From NCBI RefSeq assembly GCF_009914755.1, contig NC_060948.1: 64,000 bases of DNA. One strand, 5' to 3'. The position numbers and the translations under genes are program-made. The notes under the pieces are model-generated. The model searched no databases. It saw only the letters and a list, made by a program, of their open reading frames with translations, and was not told the origin of the DNA. This stretch comes from the human T2T-CHM13v2.0 reference genome, Homo sapiens. Below, piece after piece: positions 52,822 through 64,000 of this stretch; position 1 is the first letter of the stretch, and every line of letters starts with the position of its first letter.

Positions 52822-55800
52822 ATGGAATGGGAACGAATGGAATGGAATGGAAAGGAATGGAATCGAATGGAAAGGAATCGAATGGAAGGGAATGAAATTG
52901 AATCAACAGGAATGGAAGGGAATAGAATAGACGGTAATGGAATGGACTCGAATAGAATGGACACGAATGCTCAAATTGAATGGACTCCAATGGAATGGAA
53001 ACGAAAGGAATGTCATCGAATAGGATTGAATCGACTGGAATGAAATCGCAAGAATGGAGTGGAATCAAATGGAATTGAATCGAAAGGAAAGGAAGCGAAT
53101 GGACTGAAATGAAATGGAATGGAATTGAATGGAAAGTAATGCAATGGAATAGAATGGAACGAAATTTCACGGAATGGAATCAAACTGAAAGGAATCAAAT
53201 CAATGGAATGTAATCAAATGGAATGGAAAGGAATTGAATGGAGTAGATTGGATTGGATGGGATTGGAGTGAAATGTACTGGAAAGGACTCGAATTTCATG
53301 AAACGGAATGGAATGAATTGGAACGGAATGGACTCGAATGGAATGGAATGTCATGGAATGGCATCAAATGGAATGGCATCAAATGGAATGGAATCGAATG
53401 CAATGGAATGCTATGGAATGGAATGGAATGCATTGGAATGGAATGTCCTCTAATGGAATGGATTCGAGTGGAATGGAATCGAATATAATGGAGTCGAATG
53501 AAATGGAATTGAAAGGAATGGGATCGAATACAATGGAATATGCTGGAATGTAATGTAATGAACACGAATGTAATTGACTGGAATGGAATGTACATGAATG
53601 GAATGTAATCGAATGGAAAGTAATCCAATGGAATAGAATCTAATGCAATAAAATCGACTCAGATAGAGTAGAATGTAATGGAATGGAGTGCAGTACAATG
53701 GAATGGAATGGAATGCAATGGAATGGAATGCAATGGAATGGAATGGAATGGGATGGAATGGGATGGAATGGTATGGAGTGGATAGTAATGGACTGGAGTG
53801 AAATGGACTGGAAAGGAATGGACTCAAATTGAAAGGGCTCGAAAGGAATGGAGTCAAATGGAATGGTCTGGAATGGAATGAACACGAATGTAATGCAATC
53901 CAATAGAATGGAATCGAATGGCATAGAATATAAAGAAATGGAATCGAAGAGAATGGAAACAAATGGAATGGAATTGAATGGAATGGAATTGAATGGAATG
54001 GGAACGAATGGAGTGAAATTGTATGCAGTAGAAGGGAATAGAATGGAATGCAAGCGAAAGGAAAGGAATGGATTGGAATGGAATGGAATTCATTGGAATG
54101 GAAGGGAATGTAGTGTAATGGACAGACCTGGAATAAAGTGGAATGCTACGGTCTCGAATGGAATAAAAATGTATGGAATGGAATGCAATGAAACGGAATC
54201 GAATGTCATAGAATGTAATGGAATGCAAAAAATTGGAATCCAAAATCATTGACTGGAAAGGCTGGGTGTCGAAAGGAATTGACTCCAATGATATGGAATC
54301 GAATGGAATGGAAGTGAATAGAATCGAACTAAATCGAATGGAATGGAATTGATAGGAACGGAATGGAAAGGAATGCAATGAATTGGCATGGAATGGAATC
54401 GAATGGCATCGAATGGAATGGAATGGAATGCAATGGAATGGAATGTATTAGAATGTAATGAACTTTAATGGAATGTACTCGAATGGATTCGACTGGAATG
54501 GAATGTTCTGGAAGTGAATGGACTCCAATGGAATGGATTCAAAAGGAATGGAATCGTACGGAATGGAATCTAATGGAATGGAATTAAATGGAAATGAATC
54601 AAATTGAATAGCACGGAATTGAATTGAATGGAATGGAATGCAATGGAATCTAATGAAACGGAAAGGAAAGGAATGGAATGGAATGGAATGGGCTGGAATG
54701 GAAAGGAATCGAAACGAATGGAATGGAATCGAACTGAAGAGACTGGAATGGAATGCACTGGAATGGAAGGGAGTGTAATGGAAGGTTCTCGAAAAAAATG
54801 GAATCGAATGGAATGGAATTGAATGGAACGGAATAGAGTCGAATGGAATTGAATGGAATGGAATGGACTAGAGTGAAATGGAATCGAACCACAAGGAATG
54901 GACAGGAATAGAATGGTCTCGAATTGAATGGAATCGTATGGAATGGCATCAAACGGAATGGAATGGACAGCCACGGAATGGAATGCACTCGAATGCAATG
55001 GAGTCGAAACTAATGGACTGGAATAGAATGGACTCGACTGGTACGGACTCCAATGGAATGGAATCGAATGGAAGGGAATCGAACGGAATGGACTCGAAGG
55101 GAAAAGACTGCAATGGAAAGGTCTCGAATGGAATGGAAATTAATGGAATGAAATGGAATCGAATGAAATGGAGTCAAAAGGAATGGAATCGAATGGCAAG
55201 AAATCGAATGTAATGGAATCGCAAGGAATTGATGTGAACGGAACGGAATGGAATGGAATCCAAAGGAATGGAATAGAATGGAATGGAATCGAATGGAAAG
55301 GACTCGAATGGAAATCACTCGAATAGAATGCAATTTAATAAAATAGGATCAAATGTAATGGAATGGAATGGAAAGGAATCGAAACGAAAGGAATGGAGAC
55401 AGATGGAATGGAATGGAACAGAGAGCAATGGTATAGAATGGAATGGAATCATCTGGAATGGAATTGAATGGAACGGAATAATATGAAATGGAATGGAATG
55501 GAATGGAATGGAATGGAATGGAATGCCCTTGAATTAAATGGACTGGAATGGAATGGACTCGAACAGAGTGGAATGGAAAGTGTTGAGATAGAATGCAATG
55601 GACTCCTTCGGAATGGTCTAGTATGCAATGCAATCGACTGGCAGGGAATCAAAAGGAATGTAATCGAATGGATTGGACTGGAATGCAGTGGACTGGAATA
55701 GATTGGAAACGGAATGCAAAGGAATGGAATGGAATAGTATGGAATGGAATGGAAAGGAATGGAGTGGAATAGACTAGAGTGGAATGGAATGGACTGGAAA

Positions 55801-56389
55801 GCAATGGACTGGAATGGAACTTTCTTGAATGGACTGGAATCAAACGGAATGGAATGCAATGCAATCAAATGGCATGGAATAAAATAGAATGAAAGAGAAT
55901 CAAATGGAATTGAATCGAATGGAATCGAATGGATTGGAAAGGAATAGAATGGAATGGAATTGAATTGACTCAAATGGAATGGACTAGAATGGAATGGATT
56001 CGAATGGAAGGCAAAGGAATGGAATCTATTGGAATGGACTGTAATGGAATGGAATGGAAGGGATTGGAATGGACTCGAATGGAATGGACTGCAATAGAAA
56101 GGATTCGAATGGAATGAAAAAGAATTGAATGGAATAGAACAGAATGGAATCAAATCGAATGAAATGGAATGGAATAGAAAGGAATGGAATGAAATGGAAT
56201 GGAAAGGATTCGAATGGAATGCAATCGAATGGAATGGAATCGAACGGAATGGAATAAAATGGAAGAAAACTGGCAAGAAATGGAATCGAAATGAATGGAG
56301 TGTTATGGAACGGACTCAAAAGGAATTGAATGTAATAGAATGGAGTGGAGTGGACTCCAATATAATAGACTGGAATGGAATGAAATCAC
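52822..56389 (+). repeat. DYZ1 unit 16 (3568 bp)
   Basis: Anchor spacing; 1-bp deletion atcgcaagaat; HaeIII site lost (agacct 54124-54129). Confidence 0.92.
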
Positions 56390-59300
56390 ATGGAATGGGA
56401 ACGAATGGAATGGAATGGAAAGGAATGGAATCGAATGGAAAGGAATCAAATGGAAGGGAATGAAATTGAATCAACAGGAATGGAAAGGAGTAGAATAGAC
56501 GGTAATGGAATGGGCTCGAATAGAATGGACACGAATGCTCAAATTAAATGGACTCGAATGGAATGGAAACGAAAGGAATGTCATCGAATGGAATTGAATG
56601 GATTGGAATGAAATCGCATAGAATGGAGTGGAATCAAATGGAATTGAATCGAAAGGAAAGGAAGCGAATGGACTGAAATGAAATGGAATGGAATTGAATG
56701 GAAAGTAATGCAATGGAATAGAATGGAACGAAATTTCACGGAATGGAATCAAACTGAATGGAATCAAATCAATGGAATCAAATCAAATGGAATGGAAAGG
56801 AATTGAATGGAGTAGATTGGATTGGATGGGATTGGAATGAAATGTACTGGAAAGGACTCGAATTTCATGAAACGGAATGGAATGAATTGGAACGGAATGG
56901 ACTCGAATGGAATGGAATGTCATGGAATGGCATCAAATGGAATGGCATCAAATGGAATGGAATCGAATGCAATGGAATGCTATGGAATGGAATGGAATGC
57001 ATTGGAATGGAATGTCCTCTAATGGAATGGATTCGAGTGGAATGGAATCGAATATAATGGAGTCGAATGAAATGGAATTGAAAGGAGTGGGATCGAATAC
57101 AATGGAATATACTGGAATGTAATGTAATGAACTCGAATGTAATTGACTGGAATGGAATGTACATGAATGGAATGTAATCGAATGGAAAGTAATCCAATGG
57201 AATAGAATCTAATGCAATAAAACCGACTCAGATAGAGTAGAATGTAATGGAATGGAGTGCAGTGCAATGGAATGGAATGGAATGGAAGGCAATGGAAAGG
57301 AATGGAATGGAATGGAATGGAATGGAATGGAATGGAATGGGATGGAATGGGATGGAATGGATAGTAATGGACTGGAGTGAAATGGACTGGAAAGGAATGG
57401 ACTCAAATTGAAAGGGCTCGAAAGGAATGGAGTCAAATGGAATGGTCTGGAATGGAATGAACACGAATGTAATGCAATCCAATAGAATGGAATCGAATGG
57501 CATGGAATATAAAGAAATGGAATCGAAGAGAATGGAAACAAATGGAATGGAATTGAATGGAATGGAATTGAATGGAATGGGAACGAATGGAGTGAAATTG
57601 TATGCAGTAGAAGGGAATAGAATGGAATGCAAGCGAAAGGAAAGGAATGGATTGGAATGGAATGGAATTCATTGGAATGGAAGGGAATGTAGTGTAATGG
57701 ACAGGCCTGGAATAAAGTGGAATGCTACGGTCTCGAATGGAATAAAAATGTATGGAATGGAATGCAATGAAACGGAATCGAATGTCATAGAATGTAATGG
57801 AATGCAAAAAAATGGAATCCAAAATCATTGACTGGAAAGGCTGGGTGTCGAAAGGAATTGACTCCAATGGAATGGAATCGAATGGAATGGAAGTGAATAG
57901 AATCGAACTAAATCGAATGGAATGGAATTGATAGGAACGGAATGGAAAGGAATGCAATGATTTGGCATGGAATGGAATCGAATGGCATCGAATGGAATGG
58001 AATGGAATGCAATGGAATGGAATGTATTAGAATGTAATGAACTTTAATGGAATGTACTCGAATGGATTCGACTGGAATGGAATGTTCTGGAAGTGAATGG
58101 ACTCCAATGGAATGGATTCAAAAGGAATGGAATCGTACGGAATGGAATCTAATGGAATGGAATTAAATGGAAATGAATCAAATTGAATAGCACGGAATTG
58201 AATTGAATGGAATGGAATGCAATGGAATCTAATGAAACGGAAAGGAAAGGAATGGAATGGAATGGAAAGGGCTGGAATGGAAAGGAATCGAAACGAATGG
58301 AATGGAATCGAACTGAAGAGACTGGAATGGAATGCACTGGAATGGAAGGGAGTGTAATGGAAGGTTCTCGAAAAAAATGGAATGGAATGGAATGGAATTG
58401 AATGGAACGGAATAGAGTCGAATGGAATTGAATGGAATGGAATGGACTAGAGTGAAATGGAATCGAACCACAAGGAATGGACAGGAATAGAATGGTCTCG
58501 AATTGAATGGAATCGTATGGAATGGCATCAAACGGAATGGAATGGACAGCCACGGAATGGAATGCACTCGAATGCAATGGAGTCGAAACTAATGGACTGG
58601 AATAGAATGGACTCGACTGGTACGGACTCCAATGGAATGGAATCGAATGGAAGGGAATCGAACGGAATGGACTCGAAGGGAAAAGACTGCAATGGAAAGG
58701 TCTCGAATGGAATGGAAATTAATGGAATGGAATGGAATCGAATGAAATGGAGTCAAAAGGAATGGAATCGAATGGCAAGAAATCGAATGTAATGGAATCA
58801 CAAGGAATTGATGTGAACGGAACGGAATGGAATGGAATCCAAAGGAATGGAATAGAATGGAATGGAATCGAATGGAAAGGACTCGAATGGAAATCACTCG
58901 AATAGAATGCAATTTAATAAAATAGGATCAAATGTAATGGAATGGAATGGAAAGGAATCGAAACGAAAGGAATGGAGACAGATGGAATGGAATGGAACAG
59001 AGAGCAATGGTATAGAATGGAATGGAATCATCTGGAATGGAATTGAATGGAATGGAATAATATGAAATGGAATGGAATGGAATGGAATGGAATGCCCTTG
59101 AATTAAATGGACTGGAATGGAATGGACTCGAACAGAGTGGAATGGAAAGTGTTGAGATAGAATGCAATGGACTCCTTCGGAATGGTCTAGTATGCAATGC
59201 AATCGACTGGCAGGGAATCAAAAGGAATGTAATCGAATGGATTGGACTGGAATGCAGTGGACTCGAATAGATTGGAAACGGAATGCAAAGGAATGGAATG

Positions 59301-59958
59301 GAATAGTATGGAATGGAATGGAAAGGAATGTAGTGGTATAGACTAGAGTGGAATGGAATGGACTGGAAAGCAATGGACTGGAATGGAACTTTCTTGAATG
59401 GACTGGAATCAAACGGAATGGAATGCAATGCAATCAAATGGCATGGAATAAAATAGAATGAAAGAGAATCAAATGGAATTGAATCGAATGGAATCGAATG
59501 GATTGGAAAGGAATAGAATGGAATGGAATGGAATTGACTCAAATGGAATGGACTAGAATGGAATGGATTCGAATGGAAGGCAAAGGAATGGAATCTATTG
59601 GAATGGACTGTAATGGAATGGAATGGAAGGGATTGGAATGGACTCGAATGGAATGGACTGCAATAGAAAGGATTCGAATGGAATGAAAAAGAATTGAATG
59701 GAATAGAACAGAATGGAATCAAATCGAATGAAATGGAATGGAATAGAAAGGAATGGAATGAAATGGAATGGAAAGGATTCGAATGGAATGCAATCGAATG
59801 GAATGGAATCGAACGGAATGGAATAAAATGGAAGAAAACTGGCAAGAAATGGAATCGAAATGAATGGAGTGTTATGGAACGGACTCAAAAGGAATTGAAT
59901 GTAATAGAATGGAGTGGAGTGGACTCGAATATAATGGACTGGAATGGAATGAAATCAC
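56390..59958 (+). repeat. DYZ1 unit 17 (3569 bp)
   Basis: Anchor spacing 56390 to 59959. Confidence 0.92.
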
Positions 59959-62900
59959 ATGGAATGGGAACGAATGGAATGGAATGGAAAGGAATGGAAT
60001 CGAATGGAAAGGAATCGAATGGAAGGGAATGAAATTGAATCAACAGGAATGGAAGGGAATAGAATAGACGGTAATGGAATGGACTCGAATAGAATGGACA
60101 CGAATGCTCAAATTGAATGGACTCCAATGGAATGGAAACGAAAGGAATGTCATCGAATAGAATTGAATCGACTGGAATGAAATCGCAAGAATGGAGTGGA
60201 ATCAAATGGAATTGAATCGAAAGGAAAGGAAGCGAATGGACTGAAATGAAATGGAATGGAATTGAATGGAAAGTAATGCAATGGAATAGAATGGAACGAA
60301 ATTTCACGGAATGGAATCAAACTGAAAGGAATCAAATCAATGGAATCTAATCAAATGGAATGGAAGGGAATTGAATGGAGTAGATTGGATTGGATGGGAT
60401 TGGAGTGAAATGTACTGGAAAGGACTCGAATTTCATGAAACGGAATGGAATGAATTGGAACGGAATGGACTCGAATGGAATGGAATGTCATGGAATGGCA
60501 TCAAATGGAATGGCATCAAATGGAATGGAATCGAATGCAATGGAATGCTATGGAATGGAATGGAATGCATTGGAATGGAATGTCCTCTAATGGAATGGAT
60601 TCGAGTGGAATGGAATCGAATATAATGGAGTCGAATGAAATGGAATTGAAAGGAATGGGATCGAATACAATGGAATATGCTGGAATGTAATGTAATGAAC
60701 TCGAATGTAATTGACTGGAATGGAATGTACATGAATGGAATGTAATCGAATGGAAAGTAATCCAATGGAATAGAATCTAATGCAAAAAAATCGACTCAGA
60801 TAGAGTAGAATGTAATGGAATGGAGTGCAGTACAATGGAATGGAATGGAATGCAATGGAATGGAATGGAATGGAATGGAATGGAATGGGATGGAATGGGA
60901 TGGAATGGTATGGAGTGGATAGTAATGGACTGGAGTGAAATGGACTGGAAAGGAATGGACTCAAATTGAAAGGGCTCGAAAGGAATGGAGTCAAATGGAA
61001 TGGTCTGGAATGGAATGAACACGAATGTAATGCAATCCAATAGAATGGAATCGAATGGCATGGAATATAAAGAAATGGAATCGAAGAGAATGGAAACAAA
61101 TGGAATGGAATTGAATGGAATGGAATTGAATGGAATGGGAACGAATGGAGTGAAATTGTATGCAGTAGAAGGGAATAGAATGGAATGCAAGCGAAAGGAA
61201 AAGAATGGATTGGAATGGAATGGAATTCATTGGAATGGAAGGGAATGTAGTGTAATGGACAGGCCTGGAATAAAGTGGAATGCTACGGTCTCGAATGGAA
61301 TAAAAATGTATGGAATGGAATGCAATGAAACGGAATCGAATGTCATAGAATGTAATGGAATGCAAAAAAATGGAATCCAAAATCATTGACTGGAAAGGCT
61401 GGGTGTCGAAAGGAATTGACTCCAATGATATGGAATCGAATGGAATGGAAGTGAATAGAATCGAACTAAATCGAATGGAATGGAATTGATAGGAACGGAA
61501 TGGAAAGGAATGCAATGAATTGGCATGGAATGGAATCGAATGGCATCGAATGGAATGGAATGGAATGCAATGGAATGGAATGTATTAGAATGTAATGAAC
61601 TTTAATGGAATGTACTCGAATGGATTCGACTGGAATGGAATGTTCTGGAAGTGAATGGACTCCAATGGAATGGATTCAAAAGGAATGGAATCGTACGGAA
61701 TGGAATCTAATGGAATGGAATTAAATGGAAATGAATCAAATTGAATAGCACGGAATTGAATTGAATGGAATGGAATGCAATGGAATCTAATGAAACGGAA
61801 AGGAAAGGAATGGAATGGAATGGAATGGGCTGGAATGGAAAGGAATCGAAACGAATGGAATGGAATCGAACTGAAGAGACTGGAATGGAATGCACTGGAA
61901 TTGAAGGGAGTGTAATAGAAGGTTCTCGAAAAAAATGGAATCGAATGGAATGGAATTGAATGGAACGGAATAGAGTCGAATGGAATTGAATGGAATGGAA
62001 TGGACTAGAGTGAAATGGAATCGAACCACAAGGAATGGACAGGAATAGAATGGTCTCGAATTGAATGGAATCGTATGGAATGGCATCAAACGGAATGGAA
62101 TGGACAGCCACGGAATGGAATGCACTCGAATGCAATGGAGTCGAAACTAATGGACTGGAATAGAATGGACTCGACTGGTACGGACTCCAATGGAATGGAA
62201 TCGAATGGAAGGGAATCGAACGGAATGGACTCGAAGGGAAAAGACTGCAATGGAAAGGTCTCGAATGGAATGGAAATTAATGGAATGGAATGGAATCGAA
62301 TGAAATGGAGTCAAAAGGAATGGAATCGAATGGCAAGAAATCGAATGTAATGGAATCGCAAGGAATTGATGTGAACGGAACGGAATGGAATGGAATCCAA
62401 AGGAATGGAATAGAATGGAATGGAATCGAATGGAAAGGACTCGAATGGAAATCACTCGAATAGAATGCAATTTAATAAAATAGGATCAAATGTAATGGAA
62501 TGGAATGGAAAGGAATCGAAACGAAAGGAATGGAGACAGATGGAATGGAATGGAACAGAGAGCAATGGTATAGAATGGAATGGAATCATCTGGAATGGAA
62601 TTGAATGGAATGGAATAATATGAAATGGAATGGAATGGAATGGAATGGAATGCCCTTGAATTAAATGGACTGGAATGGAATGGACTCGAACAGAGTGGAA
62701 TGGAAAGTGTTGAGATAGAATGGAATGGACTCCTTTGGAATGGTGTAGTATGCAATGCAATCGACTGGCAGGGAATCAAAAGGAATGTAATGGAATGGAT
62801 TGGACTGGAATGCAATGGACTCGAATAGATTGGAAACGGAATGCAAAGGAATGGAATGGAATAGTATGGAATGGAATGGAAAGGAATGGAGTGGAATAGA

Positions 62901-63516
62901 CTAGAGTGGAATGGAATGGACTGGAAAGCAATGGACTGGAATGGAACTTTCTTGAATGGACTGGAATCAAACGGAATGGAATGCAATGCAATCAAATGGC
63001 ATGGAATAAAATAGAATGAAAGAGAATCAAATGGAATTGAATCGAATGGAATCGAATGGATTGGAAAGGAATAGAATGGAATGGAATGGAATTGACTCGA
63101 ATGGAATGGACTAGAATGGAATGGATTCGAATGGAAGGCAAAGGAATGGAATCTATTGGAATGGACTGTAATGGAATGGAATGGAAAGGATTGGAATGGA
63201 CTCGAATGGAATGGACTGCAATAGAAAGGATTCGAATGGAATGAAAAAGAATTGAATGGAATAGAACAGAATGGAATCAAATCGAATGAAATGGAATGGA
63301 ATAGAAAGGAATGGAATGAAATGGAATGGAAAGGATTCGAATGGAATGCAATCGAATGGAATGGAATCGAACGGAATGGAATAAAATGGAAGAAAACTGG
63401 CAAGAAATGGAATCGAAATGAATGGAGTGTTATGGAACGGACTCAAAAGGAATTGAATGTAATAGAATGGAGTGGAGTGGACTCGAATATAATGGAATGG
63501 AATGGAATGAAATCAC
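59959..63516 (+). repeat. DYZ1 unit 18 (3558 bp)
   Basis: Anchor spacing; sister of unit 16 in its first half. Confidence 0.92.
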
Positions 63517-64000
63517 AAGGAATGGGAACGAATGGAATGGAATGGAAAGGAATGGAATCGAATGGAAAGGAATCGAATGGAAGGGAATGAAATTGAATCA
63601 ACAGGAATGGAAGGGAATAGAATAGACGGTAATGGAATGGACTCGAATAGAATGGACACGAATGCTCAAATTGAATGGACTCGAATGGAATGGAAACGAA
63701 AGGAATGTCATCGAATGGAATTGAATGGATTGGAATGAAATCGCATAGAATGGAGTGGAATCAAATGGAATTGAATCGAAAGGAAAGGAAGCGAATGGAC
63801 TGAAATGAAATGGAATGGAATTGAATGGAAAGTAATGCAATGGAATAGAATGGAACGAAATTTCACGGAATGGAATCAAACTGAATGGAATCAAATCAAT
63901 GGAATCAAATCAAATGGAATGGAAAGGAATTGAATGGAGTAGATTGGATTGGATGGGATTGGAATGAAATGTACTGGAAAGGACTCGAATTTCATGAAAC
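63517..64000 (+). repeat. DYZ1 unit 19 (partial, runs off the window)
   Basis: Anchor variant aaatcacaagg at 63517, followed by the usual unit-start sequence. Confidence 0.9.

Larger units (their letters stand above)
1..64000 (+). repeat. DYZ1: Human satellite 3 array, (GGAAT)n-derived, DYZ1-type ~3.56-kb higher-order repeat (most likely Yq12 heterochromatin)
   Basis: The entire window is degenerate GGAAT pentamers. Unique landmarks (aaatcacatgg, gtcctctaat, gacaggcctgg, ggttctcgaaaaaaa, caatttaataaaatagg, gcccttgaattaaa, gaagaaaactggcaag) recur every ~3.55 kb in the same order and orientation. There is one canonical EcoRI site (GAATTC 1293-1298) and one HaeIII site (GGCC 1332-1335) per unit. 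This fits the classical DYZ1 3564-bp EcoRI / 3.4-kb HaeIII male-specific repeat. Confidence 0.95.

Noticed and set aside
28-63894. Hundreds of ORFs, up to 318 aa (e.g. 27351-28307 minus, 6113-7030 minus)
   Set aside because: GGAAT and ATTCC pentamers contain no stop codon in any frame, so they give MEWNG/FHSIP low-complexity translations. The ORFs overlap in all frames, have no recognisable domains, and frameshift freely between units.
1-64000. CRISPR-like repeat-spacer or other prokaryotic system
   Set aside because: There are no unique spacers, no cas or other genes and no non-repetitive sequence. This is eukaryotic satellite DNA.
1-64000. Inversions, Alu/DYZ2 (HSat1B) blocks or L1 insertions
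   Set aside because: No (ATTCC)n stretch on the plus strand and no AT-rich or Alu-like sequence was seen; all units are co-oriented.
1-64000. Assignment to HSat2, or annotation of a defined ncRNA gene
   Set aside because: It lacks the HSat2 CATTCGATTC-type longer periodicity and shows the DYZ1 unit length. Satellite III and Yq12 transcripts are known, but no transcript boundaries can be derived from the sequence alone.

Overview
The whole window is non-coding tandem satellite DNA: a degenerate (GGAAT)n/(ATTCC)n pentamer array arranged as a head-to-tail higher-order repeat of about 3.55 kb. It holds 18 full copies plus partial ends, all in one orientation. Unit length (3528-3584 bp, with one 3042-bp deletion copy) and one canonical EcoRI and one HaeIII/StuI site per unit match human satellite 3 DYZ1 (HSat3, Yq12 heterochromatin). 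All ORFs in the track are artefacts of translating the pentamer (MEWNG / FHSIP). I found no genes, transposons, Alu/DYZ2 blocks, CRISPR arrays or inversions, and no new protein-coding system. The observations worth following up are: (i) three perfect in-register heat-shock elements (nGAAnnTTCnnGAAn) per unit; (ii) one interloper unit with a 502-bp microhomology-bounded deletion and a cluster of private substitutions; (iii) shared-variant haplotypes recording duplications or conversions at 1-, 2-, 5- and 6-unit spacing; (iv) a hypervariable pure-pentamer tract in each unit; (v) gain and loss of the diagnostic restriction sites. Variant comparisons were made by eye and need confirming by alignment.
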